IMG/VR virus record: IMGVR_UViG_3300049893_001613
Location: 32,444 to 96,443 of that record
Source of the DNA: a virus
Direction: 5' to 3' (one strand)
DNA length: 64,000 bases
Shown: piece after piece, positions 10,278-21,300 of the stretch
Numbering within the stretch: position 1 is the first letter of the stretch
How the letters are laid out: every line of letters starts with the position of its first letter
Notes under the pieces: generated by a model
What the model was told of the DNA's origin: nothing
What the model saw: the letters and a program-made list of their open reading frames with translations, nothing else
Databases searched by the model: none
Translations under genes and position numbers: made by a program

Positions 10278-10819
10278 TGTTCACGTTTACAAGAACCAAC
10301 AATACTGTAAAAGTAGGAATAGACGTGGCGGGAAGTACAGATGATGTGATCTTCCTGTCACCAGCTTCCCTTGTTGGTACTCGTAACGGACAGATTTACA
10401 TTAACCAGGGGAAAGAAGAACCTTTTTATCCAGTAGCAGGAGCTTTCATTGTATCACCTTTGAGTGTGAATGGGAGACCGGCTGATGATGCGGTTACTGT
10501 AGCAGAATGGTTAATAGACACTTACTTCTACGGACCAGATTACCCAATTAGTGGGGGATCTAGTTGGCCAGTAGACTACGCGACAAGTGGGTTACAAACC
10601 TCTCAATTAAGTGAAATACAAAGTATTGACACCAGATTAGAGACTCTGAACGATAAGACAGCAAGTAATCTGGTAACTGAAGCCCACGACTCAAAAGAGT
10701 TCGTATACTATGGAAATGGTGATATTGATTATATCAGCTATAAACTAGGGGTAACAGAGGTAGCCCGAATAACATTTAATTATACAGGTGATGACCTGAC
10801 TTCAATGGTAAAAACATAA
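10277..10819 (+). CDS. hypothetical virion-associated protein
   Basis: 180 aa, coupled to the previous stop. The C-terminal ISYK.G..EVA..TF.Y.GD.L motif is of the kind seen in phage tail-associated proteins. Confidence 0.55.
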   Translation: MFTFTRTNNTVKVGIDVAGSTDDVIFLSPASLVGTRNGQIYINQGKEEPFYPVAGAFIVSPLSVNGRPADDAVTVAEWLIDTYFYGPDYPISGGSSWPVDYATSGLQTSQLSEIQSIDTRLETLNDKTASNLVTEAHDSKEFVYYGNGDIDYISYKLGVTEVARITFNYTGDDLTSMVKT

Positions 10820-10823
10820 TACT

Positions 10824-11084
10824 ATGTGGACAAGATTTAAAGCATGGATAAAAGACTTATTTGCGTCTAAAAAGACTGCCAGGTACGTAGTTGTAGCTTG
10901 TAAAAGTATGCCTAGTTTACTGGGTATGAGAACTATTGGTAAACCAGCTGTTAATAAACCATCAATCTTTATAGGATCTAAAAATCAATATAGAACAATA
11001 AAACCAATTCAGATAATCTCACAGAATGGAGATTTAGAAATCTATACTGAACATCTTTTTTTAACAGTACAAAAAATCAAATAA
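10824..11084 (+). CDS. hypothetical protein
   Basis: 86-aa ORF in a tightly packed operon. Confidence 0.55.
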   Translation: MWTRFKAWIKDLFASKKTARYVVVACKSMPSLLGMRTIGKPAVNKPSIFIGSKNQYRTIKPIQIISQNGDLEIYTEHLFLTVQKIK

Positions 11085-11088
11085 TACA

Positions 11089-11529
11089 ATGAGTAAAGGT
11101 AATACTTTCGAGAATGATCTTCTCCAACTAATTTTCAACAATGTTGACATCGCTGATATAGGTGATGCTGGTGGTCTGCAAAATTCAGCGACTGCAGGTA
11201 GTTTATACGTAGCGCTACATACAGGTGATCCTGGTGAAGCTGGTACAGCTGCAACTTCAGAAGCTGCTTATGGCTCCTATGCCAGGGTAGCTGTTGCCAG
11301 ATCTGGCGCAGGCTGGACCGTTGCAACAAACACAGCAACTAACTTTGCCTTGATTCAGTTTCCTGAATGTAGTTCAGGATCAGAAACTATCACACACGTT
11401 TCTATAACAACAGCTTCAAGTGGTGCCAGTAAGATCTTATACAGTGGAGCACTTACAGCTCCACGTGCTATCAGTGCTGGTATCCAACCACAGTTCGCTG
11501 CTTCAGCACTTACTGTAACAGAAGACTAA
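11089..11529 (+). CDS. phage tail-associated protein (LYVALHT.DP family)
   Basis: MSKGNTFENDLL.LIF and GSLYVALHTGDPGEAG....E..Y..YARVAV.R motifs, typical of a widespread phage tail protein. Confidence 0.65.
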   Translation: MSKGNTFENDLLQLIFNNVDIADIGDAGGLQNSATAGSLYVALHTGDPGEAGTAATSEAAYGSYARVAVARSGAGWTVATNTATNFALIQFPECSSGSETITHVSITTASSGASKILYSGALTAPRAISAGIQPQFAASALTVTED

Positions 11530-11545
11530 ACTAACTAAATAAACT

Positions 11546-11737
11546 ATGTATAAATGCTCAAAATGTCATTTAGCAGTTATTGTCTTACCCGGCCAGGAGC
11601 CGATAAGAGCATGTAACTGTACTAAAGAAGATGGGACAAAAGCGACAATAATTGTAGATATAAACTCTACTTTAGAAGGAACAAGCACAGCTGGAGTAGG
11701 AACTACCATCAGACAACCTAAAGTAACACTTGGATAA
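11546..11737 (+). CDS. small Cys-rich (CxxC...CxC) protein
   Basis: MYKCSKC...RACNC; coupled to the next ORF. Confidence 0.6.
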   Translation: MYKCSKCHLAVIVLPGQEPIRACNCTKEDGTKATIIVDINSTLEGTSTAGVGTTIRQPKVTLG

Positions 11738-12600
11738 TGGCTGGATTTAAAACCATAGGTGAAGTAGTAGATACGGAATTAAACGGGAGTGTAAGAGATT
11801 ACATCTGGCGTAAGACTCCGTCACAAGCTACTACTTCCGGTATCTGGTTTGACCTGTCAATGTCACCTGGGATGCCTGTACCTAAGTACTGGTTTGATGC
11901 AGCTCCTTTAACAGCCCGCGTAATAACACAAGCTGCTGATGGAGGTTTCTATCACGGCCCTAATGTCAGTCCTTCTGAGAAGTACTTACGTAAGATAACT
12001 ACTCAAGCTAGCGCTGCAACAGCTTTGCCAATGAATGCTATCCTGTGCGATTATCTGCTTTATTATCCTACCATAGATGATGGTACAACAGATGAACAGG
12101 TGATGGATAACACTACCACGTTATCTAGGTATACAGACGGACAAGGAGTTAGAATAATAGCTGTGACTACAGGAGCTAGAACAGGTGGACAAACTTTTAC
12201 TGTTAAATATACGAACTCAGCCGGAGTTTCTGGTAGGATTTCACAAGTTGTTACACAAAATACAGCAACTACTTTGGGTAGTATAACAACAAGTAACACA
12301 ACAGCCACTGGAGGAGCTGATCCGTTCATTCCTCTTCAGGATGGTGATAGTGGTGTAAGATACATCGAATCAGTAACAATGACAGGTGTAGACACCGGTA
12401 TCTTTAGTTTGATACTTGTTAAACCATTAGTACAGACTTGCTTCAGAGCATTAGATGTACAATACGAAAAAGACTTATTAATACCAACAACAGATTTGGT
12501 AAAAATACAAGACAACGCCTTTTTAAACTTTTTAGTACTACCTTTAGGAACATTGGCTGCTACTGTTTTAAGAGGAGATTTAAAAGTAATATGGAATTAA
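11737..12600 (+). CDS. tail cassette protein (paralog of the next gene)
   Basis: LSRYTDGQGV....V and YTNSAG.SGR...PLQDGDSGV motifs shared with 12613..13788. Confidence 0.6.
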   Translation: MAGFKTIGEVVDTELNGSVRDYIWRKTPSQATTSGIWFDLSMSPGMPVPKYWFDAAPLTARVITQAADGGFYHGPNVSPSEKYLRKITTQASAATALPMNAILCDYLLYYPTIDDGTTDEQVMDNTTTLSRYTDGQGVRIIAVTTGARTGGQTFTVKYTNSAGVSGRISQVVTQNTATTLGSITTSNTTATGGADPFIPLQDGDSGVRYIESVTMTGVDTGIFSLILVKPLVQTCFRALDVQYEKDLLIPTTDLVKIQDNAFLNFLVLPLGTLAATVLRGDLKVIWN

Positions 12601-12612
12601 AATAAAAACACA

Positions 12613-13788
12613 ATGCCAGGATTTGCAAGTAATGATCAGATAATAGAAGCCCTTAGTTTAGGGCAAAAGTTCGATGCCACATTTGGTAAGAACTTTAACC
12701 CGACAGCCGCAGCAGTAGCCAACGAATGGCATACTCTTTTTAGAGGCGCTGGTAACCCACCAGCAGATGCTATTTTCAATGCGGGCACTAACTTAACGTT
12801 TCAACCTGTAGAAGACGACACAGCTTCAGCTGGAGCACTTCAACATGGCGGAGACGTTCAACCAACATATTACAAGTACTTATTAAGTGGTCACGCTGTT
12901 ACAGCGGCAGCTACCGTAGTACCAGCCACACTAGCCTTGTTAGATGTTATTGGTTTTTACAGAGTAACATCTGTGACAACTACTACAGCGCAAGCCACAA
13001 CAAACACAATATCTACTAGAACGGCTACATTTACTGCTGATGCCAGTACAGATGTGATAACATACACATCAACAACAAGTATTCCCAGTAATTTATTAAC
13101 GGGGACAAGATGTAGAACGTCCACCACAACAACACTACCGGGAGGATTAGCTGCCGCTACAGATTATTATCTGATTCGGGTTAGCGATACTACTGCTAAA
13201 TTAGCAACCTCTTATGCCAACGCAATTGCAGGAACAGCTATTAACATCACAGATGCTGGTACAGGTACACACACCTTAAACTGGCTTTTGCCAAGATACA
13301 CTAATGGAGCAGGGGTTCAAGCTATTATTTTTAACTCGAACGCTACTGCTTTGGGTGGAGCAACTCCTAACATGAGTTTAGGTTATACTAACTCAGCTCA
13401 AGCAACATCAAGAGCAACACCAACGGTATTGCCTATTGGAAAAACAGCAGCATCAAATTCGCATATAATTTATACGGGGGCTACTGGTACAGGGAAGTAC
13501 AATTACATGATGCCTTTACAGGCCGGTGATTCTGGTATTGCTGAGATAAACACTATTCAAAATTCAGTATCTTATGTCTCTGGTGAATACACAGTGGCTC
13601 TTGTAAAAGAGTTAGCTAGATTCCCTCTTAGCACACTTGGCTTAGCTTCAGAAAGAAACTTTATCTTTGAGTATCCGTCTATGCCTAGAATCTATGATGG
13701 AGCGGCTTTGTACTTTGCATTAGGTTCTGGTGTTGCTACACCCGCATCATCAGCAATAAGTGGAATGCTAACAACAGTTTGGAGATAA
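12613..13788 (+). CDS. tail cassette protein with an inserted beta-barrel-like domain
   Basis: LPRYTNGAGV, YTNSAQ, PLQAGDSGI motifs. Carries an insert TLPGGLAAATDYYLIRVS..T.KLATSYANA.AGTAINITDAGTGTHT. Confidence 0.6.
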   Translation: MPGFASNDQIIEALSLGQKFDATFGKNFNPTAAAVANEWHTLFRGAGNPPADAIFNAGTNLTFQPVEDDTASAGALQHGGDVQPTYYKYLLSGHAVTAAATVVPATLALLDVIGFYRVTSVTTTTAQATTNTISTRTATFTADASTDVITYTSTTSIPSNLLTGTRCRTSTTTTLPGGLAAATDYYLIRVSDTTAKLATSYANAIAGTAINITDAGTGTHTLNWLLPRYTNGAGVQAIIFNSNATALGGATPNMSLGYTNSAQATSRATPTVLPIGKTAASNSHIIYTGATGTGKYNYMMPLQAGDSGIAEINTIQNSVSYVSGEYTVALVKELARFPLSTLGLASERNFIFEYPSMPRIYDGAALYFALGSGVATPASSAISGMLTTVWR

Positions 13789-14660
13789 TGCTACTCACTA
13801 ACTATCTTACGATTTATCAACTTTTAGGTCATCAACATAGTGGCCAGACAGCACCTATGGTGTATAGGAAACCAGAGGTGATGCGGAACTTCTTTTCAGG
13901 GGATAGTTATGATGCAACAGTAGTAGCTCAAAGAAAAAGAGATAGTTTCTCTACAGGCACAAATCCTCCTTACTCTTACGTGCTAGGGGCAAAAGGCGGG
14001 CTGCTAAGTTCAACAACTACTATAAATGGAGAGGGGGAACTCACACCAGGCTCTCTCGCTATGGGTAGAGCTATTGCTTCAAGCTTAACAGGAAGCGGAG
14101 AAATAACAACACCTAATTTATCGCTTGTTGTTTCTATGGCATCTGCTATAACAGCTCTGGGGATTATCTCCGGAGCTTCAATGGTAGGTTCTATTTCGAT
14201 GGCAGCTACTATAGCAGGGTCAGGAAGTATAACTTCTTCACTCAGCTTGATTTCAAGTATTGTAGCTGATCTGATTGGAAGTGGAACTGTGACCGGTAAC
14301 TTAAAAGGCACTGCAAGCATGGAAGCTGATATCTTTGTAAACCAGTCAGAAGCCACAACACAAGAACTGGCAGCTGCAGTATGGAATGCGTTAGCAGCTC
14401 AGTTTAATGCTCCAGGTACGATGGGAGAAGCTATGGGGGCCGCAGGATCTGCAGGAGATCCCTGGATTACTAACTTACCAGGTGGTTATGGGGCTGGTTC
14501 AGCAGGTTACATTTTAGGTAACTTATTAGCAAGTATTCCTGATTCTGTGTGGGATGAATTAAAAACAGCTCATACTACTACTGATAGCTATGGTAAAATA
14601 GTACAGGATACAGAAACACAAATAAAGAAATTGAAGACATTACTACTAGCTTTGTCATAA
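13788..14660 (+). CDS. tail cassette protein, Ser/Gly/Ala-rich beta repeats
   Basis: Likely start ATG at 13788 overlaps the upstream TAA. GSG.(I/V)T repeats and AAAVW / DSVWDE repeats. Confidence 0.6.
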   Translation: MLLTNYLTIYQLLGHQHSGQTAPMVYRKPEVMRNFFSGDSYDATVVAQRKRDSFSTGTNPPYSYVLGAKGGLLSSTTTINGEGELTPGSLAMGRAIASSLTGSGEITTPNLSLVVSMASAITALGIISGASMVGSISMAATIAGSGSITSSLSLISSIVADLIGSGTVTGNLKGTASMEADIFVNQSEATTQELAAAVWNALAAQFNAPGTMGEAMGAAGSAGDPWITNLPGGYGAGSAGYILGNLLASIPDSVWDELKTAHTTTDSYGKIVQDTETQIKKLKTLLLALS

Positions 14661-14661
14661 C

Positions 14662-15321
14662 ATGAACATCTCATTAAACCAAATAGCTGATCTTTTAGCT
14701 GACCGTGTCGGCCAGCCCTTTAACAACCCTCTCAAAGAGGAGTTAAAAGTAATCATTAATTACAAGCGTGCTGACTGGATACAAAAAGTAATCGACAAGC
14801 ATCCTGAACAAAGAAGATTTTTCCTGCGTGACTTTTCAGTGGAACTGGAACGGGTGGACAAAGCGGAATGTCCAGTAGAGGTGGACTGTACAGTACTGAG
14901 GACAGTAGATACAGTTCCACTCCCCGTCAGAACCAGTTATGGTTTGTTTGACTACGTGGGAGATCCGGATAAATCAGATGCTTACTCATATACTACTCCA
15001 GACCAGTTAACCTGGGTATTGAAGTATGGATCTAAGTACACCAAGGACAGACCTAAGTATTTCTATGTAAACGAATACGTATACGTCTACAATGAAGATA
15101 GCCTCGAGTTCCTGAACATACGTGGTATCTGGCCTGATCAGCGTCTGTTAAACAGATTCTTATGTGACGATAAACCATGTTACACTGATGATGACCAATA
15201 CGATATTCCTGAAGACATCTTAAATACCATGATGGCTGATATTCTGAGAAATGAGCTGAAACTACTCATAGCTCCGGAGACAGGTGAAGTAACTGTAGAT
15301 AAACCAGAAACTAAACAATAA
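14662..15321 (+). CDS. crAss-like tail ring / tubular-type structural protein
   Basis: C..LRT...VP, YFYVNEYVYVYN, IRGIWPD and YDIPED motifs typical of crAss ring proteins. Confidence 0.55.
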   Translation: MNISLNQIADLLADRVGQPFNNPLKEELKVIINYKRADWIQKVIDKHPEQRRFFLRDFSVELERVDKAECPVEVDCTVLRTVDTVPLPVRTSYGLFDYVGDPDKSDAYSYTTPDQLTWVLKYGSKYTKDRPKYFYVNEYVYVYNEDSLEFLNIRGIWPDQRLLNRFLCDDKPCYTDDDQYDIPEDILNTMMADILRNELKLLIAPETGEVTVDKPETKQ

Positions 15322-15896
15322 TGGAAGCCGAACTAACTAAACAAGGAAAGAAGATTGTGACTCCCAAAGCTCATTCTACCAGGGAGATGTACAACTACTA
15401 TAAGTTAAAGAATCCTCAGTCCAAGGAACCATACTGGATGTTCAAAGAAGTAATTGCACGCTTTAATAAGAAAGCATCAGACGCAGTCATCTTTGGTCAG
15501 GTACTAAACTTTGGAAACAGAATAGGAAACCTACTGATTAAAAAGATCAGAAGAAACTACGAGAAACCTGAGGTGGATTGGGGAGAGAGTAAAAGAATGA
15601 AAGCCGAGATTATTAAGGCTGGATTAGAACCAAGGAAAGCTGGGGAAACTACTGGGCACGCGTGGCTCGTATATTTTTCAGATCCTTGGTACCTGCGATG
15701 GGCTTGGAGCAAGAAGCGTATCTGTAAGGTGAAAAACCAAACAGTTTACAAGTTTGTTCCAACCGGTAACAGAAGTAAAACAGCTGGTGACAACTCACCA
15801 TCTAAATTAGGTAACCGTGGTAAACTGGTACTGGCTAACAAGCTAAATCCAAGCTTACACATGGTGTACGAAAATCACATGAGTAAACAAGATTAA
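15321..15896 (+). CDS. crAss-like IHF/HU-like DNA-binding protein
   Basis: Basic protein with G..L.IKK.R and VDWGES motifs; sits upstream of the tail tube gene as in crAss-like phages. Confidence 0.6.
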   Translation: MEAELTKQGKKIVTPKAHSTREMYNYYKLKNPQSKEPYWMFKEVIARFNKKASDAVIFGQVLNFGNRIGNLLIKKIRRNYEKPEVDWGESKRMKAEIIKAGLEPRKAGETTGHAWLVYFSDPWYLRWAWSKKRICKVKNQTVYKFVPTGNRSKTAGDNSPSKLGNRGKLVLANKLNPSLHMVYENHMSKQD

Positions 15897-15897
15897 T

Positions 15898-16446
15898 ATG
15901 TCAAGCGCAAACAACAAGTGGTTGATAGTAAAACCAGGAGTGGTACTCACACCAACAATTGAACCGGTGATTGTAGCACTCGATGCTTACTTTGAAAAGC
16001 ATAAACTAAAAGCATATGTAACCTCAGGATTAAGAGACGCTAATGCTCAGCTAGCAGTAGTACGTCAGTACCTTACAAAGAAAGGTCTTGACAAGACTTA
16101 TCCTGCAGCAATGAAATGTAAAGCTGAAGACAAATTACCAAATGGTGATTATGTATGGCAGATGGCCTGGTCTAACCTCCTCAATGTAGGAGTGATTATC
16201 AACCCTCCTTACCGTGCTATCTGTCTGATGAACTACATCAACAAAGCTGGAAAGAACCGGAAAGACTCTTACATTAATCAAACTCCACACGCTGCAGGTA
16301 AAGCATTCAACGTAGGAGGAGGATCTAATGGAATCATGGATGAACTGGCTGTTCTTACTGAAGCTTTAAAGGATAAGAAAATACCAGGATTGAAATCATT
16401 CCTGGCTGAAAGAGAAAACAACGCATTACACATAGACTGTCAATAA
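15898..16446 (+). CDS. M15-like (LAS) peptidase, probable endolysin
   Basis: VTSGLRD, PHAAGKAFN and LHID motifs (H-x6-D/N ... HxD). Confidence 0.6.
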   Translation: MSSANNKWLIVKPGVVLTPTIEPVIVALDAYFEKHKLKAYVTSGLRDANAQLAVVRQYLTKKGLDKTYPAAMKCKAEDKLPNGDYVWQMAWSNLLNVGVIINPPYRAICLMNYINKAGKNRKDSYINQTPHAAGKAFNVGGGSNGIMDELAVLTEALKDKKIPGLKSFLAERENNALHIDCQ

Positions 16447-16447
16447 C

Positions 16448-17305
16448 ATGCCAAACTTAGCACTAGTATCTGCAAAAGAAATTATGCCACGGGTAATCAG
16501 GGCCCTTGGTTATAAACTTCCATCAGTGTATCATGATGATATACTCGAGTGGATACCTGAAGCTATGGGTTATTTACAAGTAACCAGATCCCTGGAGAAA
16601 GTATCCACTGGTGACATTAACTGCCCTGATGAGTTGTACGTTACCAACCACTGTGTTAAACTACCATGTGGGTTCGTTGCTGCAGAAGCAATAGAAGACA
16701 TGAATGGAAGGAGACTTCCTGAAGGTGGAGACGTAACGGATATCAAAGCACAGAGCTCTATCCGCCATCTTGGAGTTGGCGCCAGCGGTGAACCGCGTGT
16801 TACGGCATTCCAGGTTAATCCTTACCAGCATCAGACAAGTGATGGTTTACCAGCAGATGAGCCGTCAGCTTCTTTCCCTTTCTTAGGTGAAGATGTTGAA
16901 CCATCGGCTAATGGAGGAGCTCGTACTTCTCACTACTACAAGATCGTGGGCAACTATATTCAGACAAGCTTTGAAGAAGGTTATATACGCCTCCACTACT
17001 GGTCTGTACCGGTGTGCCCAGATGGTTACCCGATGATCCCGGACAATGAAAACTACAAGCAAGCCATAGAATGGCATATCATCAGAAGACTTATTGGAAG
17101 TGGTTTCCAGCATCCTGTATTTGATTACAAGTTTGCAGACGCTCAGTTCGAACTATATGCTTCACGTGGTATGGCTGAGGTATCCTTCTGGAGTCCTGAT
17201 CAGGCGGCTAAGCTACAAAGATCATTTGTAAGACTTATTCCTCCTTATCACTTCCAGGAAGACTTCTTTGTTAACAGCGAACAATCAGAAAGACTATACA
17301 AGTAA
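16448..17305 (+). CDS. tail tubular protein (crAss Ttub-like)
   Basis: LEWIPEAM, YYKIVGNYIQTSFEEG.I.L.Y..VP.C.DGYPMIPDNENY..AIEW motifs; upstream of the stabilisation protein. Confidence 0.7.
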   Translation: MPNLALVSAKEIMPRVIRALGYKLPSVYHDDILEWIPEAMGYLQVTRSLEKVSTGDINCPDELYVTNHCVKLPCGFVAAEAIEDMNGRRLPEGGDVTDIKAQSSIRHLGVGASGEPRVTAFQVNPYQHQTSDGLPADEPSASFPFLGEDVEPSANGGARTSHYYKIVGNYIQTSFEEGYIRLHYWSVPVCPDGYPMIPDNENYKQAIEWHIIRRLIGSGFQHPVFDYKFADAQFELYASRGMAEVSFWSPDQAAKLQRSFVRLIPPYHFQEDFFVNSEQSERLYK

Positions 17306-17664
17306 TGCAAGAGTTTCTAACCACATATGCCCCAATCCTGGGATACGTACTTTGTATAGTATCACTGTTTCAGCTCGCTCTTATCTTCTTCTTTGAAAGG
17401 AAGAACATAATGACTGACCTGCGTGGTAAAGACAGGATCTGGCAGTTCCTTGAACTCTCCGGTATTGTCTGGTTAGTACTGTTTCCTTGTACTATTGTCA
17501 GCTCCTTGTTTGGACTGCATGTGCCAACAGAAGCCTGGGTAACCCTGGATGCTGTCTACTTCATGAACCTTGGAGGTAAGATGGGTCATAAGTGGATTGA
17601 TGCAAAAACTCCACAACAGAATAAGAACATCAAAAAAGAAGAAAGTACAGATGAAGGACTTTAA
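17305..17664 (+). CDS. putative holin
   Basis: 119 aa, 2-3 TM segments, charged C-terminus, adjacent to the spanin-like pair. Confidence 0.45.
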   Translation: MQEFLTTYAPILGYVLCIVSLFQLALIFFFERKNIMTDLRGKDRIWQFLELSGIVWLVLFPCTIVSSLFGLHVPTEAWVTLDAVYFMNLGGKMGHKWIDAKTPQQNKNIKKEESTDEGL

Positions 17665-17998
17665 ACAACAGATTGTGGCCCTCCTCCTGGTCCTTATTAT
17701 TGGGGGTGTCGCTGGTGCATATTACATGTCTATTAAAACAGATGATAAGCTCAAAGAACAGGAGGCCAAACATAAACAAGAATTAAAGAACAGGGTGGAA
17801 CTTGCTCTTAAGATAATTGAGGAGAGAGACAGTGTAATAACTGCTCTCAACTCAGTTACACACAAAGATTCTTTACGTATCATCAGCATGGAAAAGCGTA
17901 TTGAAGCTGATGGTGTGAGAATCAAAAAGTTAATAACAGATATCAATAAATTAAGTCCGGATGAAAAGGTTGATTGGCTTATTAATCGTTATAAGTAG
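17651..17998 (+). CDS. putative i-spanin-like protein (N-terminal TM + coiled coil)
   Basis: Likely start ATG at 17651 (MKDFKQQIVALLLVLIIGG...). Contains DSVI/DSL coiled-coil motifs. Confidence 0.5.
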   Translation: MKDFKQQIVALLLVLIIGGVAGAYYMSIKTDDKLKEQEAKHKQELKNRVELALKIIEERDSVITALNSVTHKDSLRIISMEKRIEADGVRIKKLITDINKLSPDEKVDWLINRYK

Positions 17999-18326
17999 TC
18001 TTACAGCAACAGCTCAGAGACCAGTACCTGATTCTATCCTTACTAAAATCATTGAGGATCTTATCAGGTACGATCATGCTAAGTATGCTCTAAATGTTAA
18101 AGATTCTATAATCACTGTCTACAAACACAAAGACAGTGTCAATCAGGTAAAGATTGAGCAATACAAACTGAATGCCGCCCAGTATGAACAGGTAGTAACA
18201 AATCTGAAACAAATCAGTGAGATTGACGAAAAGACAATCAATCGTCTCGAACGTCAATTAAAGATGGTAAGAATCAGAGAGAAAATAATCATTGTAATCG
18301 GCATAGCCGCAATAATTTTGATCTAA
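17961..18326 (+). CDS. exported coiled-coil protein with a C-terminal TM (spanin partner candidate)
   Basis: Signal peptide MKRLIGLLIVISSLTATA|Q, coiled coil, C-terminal hydrophobic IIIVIGIAAIILI; overlaps the upstream gene. Confidence 0.45.
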   Translation: MKRLIGLLIVISSLTATAQRPVPDSILTKIIEDLIRYDHAKYALNVKDSIITVYKHKDSVNQVKIEQYKLNAAQYEQVVTNLKQISEIDEKTINRLERQLKMVRIREKIIIVIGIAAIILI

Positions 18327-21300
18327 TGAAATTCGATAAAGGATTATACACAGACAGCCTGGAAGTCAACCAGCCTCAGGGAACTTACAGATTCGCTAAG
18401 AATATAGTGGACTCTAACTTACTTGGGATTATTGAAAACGAAGACGGATTCAGAGAATTAACTGATGTACTTCCTTATACCCTTATTGGTGTAATACCAA
18501 TTGAAGATGGTGCTGTAGTATTCACTACTGATGACACTGATTCAGAAATAGGTACTATTACCCGTTCTGGTGGTACTCTGACTTATCAAACCATATACAC
18601 AGATCAAGCTCTTAACTTCTCGACTTCTGCTCCTATTAAAGGGGAGTACAGAAAAGAACTTACCGGAGACAGAGTAGTAACCTGGATTGACGATAATAAC
18701 CCTCCACGTATTCTTAATATTGATGAAGCTGCTCAGGTTGACAACGTAAATGATTTAGAAGTATTTGGAGCTATTGCCAACCCGGAATTAACTACACCTG
18801 TAACTAATGATTCAGGAGGTGCTTTAAAAGTAGGTACGTACATCCCAATCACCCGTTACAAAACTGTAGACGGATCAGTTACAAACTGGTTTGTTCATGA
18901 CCACGTTTTTTCTATAAGTAATGACCCTAAAAGTGGTACATTCGCTAGCTACGCTGGTTCTATCCCGGACACTATTACAAACAAATCCATCTCTTTTATT
19001 CTTGAAGGTTGTGATACAACATTTGGGACAATTGAAGTGGGGTACGTCTATTCCAGTAACAATGTAGTTACGATCTATTCAGTGACAACTGCAACAGTTG
19101 ACACTAACGTTCCTATTACTCTAACTGGTAATGAGACAGCTACATCTGTAAGTTTAGATGCTTTCCTGACGCCAAGCGCTATTTACACAAATGCCAAAGC
19201 TATTACACAGATGGCTGGTAGATTATACTTAGGAAACTTGACCAGTTCATCGTTACCGGTAAGTGATTTGCAGGTAGCAGCAATGGATATAAAAATTGAT
19301 TATACACGTTCACTTGTAGACGTTATCCAGAACACAAACAACCACAGAGATAACCTACCACCAACTTTTACCCCTGGTGAAGTGTACGCATTTTACCTTG
19401 GAGTTGAATTACGTGAAGGTGGATGGTTATACTACCATATTCCCGGAAGACCCGCTGTTTCAAACGAAACTCAACAGATAACAGATGAGGGAATGACTTA
19501 TAAACGCTTCCAAATAGATGACACCACAGATGCAGTAGGCGCATACTCAACAATGGGGTTCTGGGAAAATTCGAATGAAACTTACCCAGATGAAGCTGCT
19601 TATGTTGGAGCTATTGCCGGGGATCTAAGAGGGCAGAATGTACGTCACCACAGATTTCCAACTACTGCAAAGTTAATGACTTTCTATACTGGTGATGCAA
19701 CAGTAGGTCTTTCTAAATTACCACAGCTTGGTATCAGTGTTTCTAATGTAGATATCCCGGATTCAGTAAAACCGTTTATCAGTCGCTGGAAGATCTTTTT
19801 TGCCAAGAAGAATCCTAACGATTCATTATTTATGGGCCCAGACCTATTACACTTAGCTGCTTACACTAACGAAGATTCAACTGTAAAGTGGTCAAGTGGT
19901 GGTAACTGGGAAGTTTGGAACGGTAATGGAAGTGGTTACACTAAACAGTACACACTACGTACTGATTCAATGAGAATTCATAGCCCAGATTTATTCATTA
20001 GTAATTCTGGTATATCGCCTACATACGCACGCTTTAATTACAGTCTAAGAAGAAGTAATGTTAACGAAATCTGGGATGGTTTTGGAACAAATGGTGGAAC
20101 GCTTACAGTAGATGCTTATGCCAGCTCCTCAAATGATTGGGGGACTGTGACAAGTGCTGTTATAGATTACACCAACACAACTTACACCAGTCGTATTTCT
20201 AGTACTAATTTTAAGAAACGCCTGGATAACTTCGCGTACTTGCCTGAGAATGCAAACAGTGGTAAATGGTACACAAGTTTTAATGAGAGATCTTTCATTG
20301 CTGATATAAACAATAGTAATGGATTTTCTACTTTAGATAAACTTAGAAGAGTCTACACTAACGTATTAACTGGAGTCACACCAAGTGGTGGATTCTTTAC
20401 TGGTACAGATGCCACACCAGCAAACAATGGTAATGGCAGAGAAGAAACAATGTACGTGGAGTACTACAGATACTTGACTGATGTACATTCTTCTTTTTTG
20501 AAACAAGATCTATGCCCTGTAGAAGGATACGCAGACAAAGATGAAACCACATTAACAGGATCAGGAGGAGATAGCTACATCTGCTTTATCAGTTACATGA
20601 CTGCAGCGTTACGTAACTCCCCGACAGGAGGCCCTTCAAGTGGAGCCGCGTCATTACACTTAAGTGAGTGTCTACGTATATGGAGAGGTTACATTGGGTA
20701 TTCTAAGTACAACTTAAACTATCGTTACCAGGACACTGGAGATATTTACACCTACTTCCACGCTAAAACAGATGTACGGGAATTATTTACCCCGACTATT
20801 ACAACTGATTTACGTCCTTCATCAACACAAAACTATATACCATTAATCAGTACTAATGCAAGCAATAACAAGATAAGCTACAGTACTGATTTTAACATCG
20901 ATAACATTTTTGCTGCGGGTGTAATTTATGCGTCTGACTTACCAGCATTTTCTACTGGAGGTGAAGTACAGCCAAATACTATTATTTACTCAGCGGCTCA
21001 GAATGAAGAATCGTTAGAATTCAGCTGGAGAACTTTCCGTTCTGAAGATAAGTACGTTCTTAACAAAAATAAAGGGGATATCAAAAATCTGCAAGGATTT
21101 AGAAATCGTGAGTTGCTGATACATACAACAGATGCTTTATTCAGGACCAGAACAGATGCCCAGGCAGCTACTGACAGTGAATCAATCTATCTGAAGTCAG
21201 CAAACATCTTTGATTTACCACCAGAAGAATTAATACCAACTCCAGAAGGGTATGCAGGAACTCAGCACAAGTTTGGTTGTATCCTTACAAAGATGGGGTA

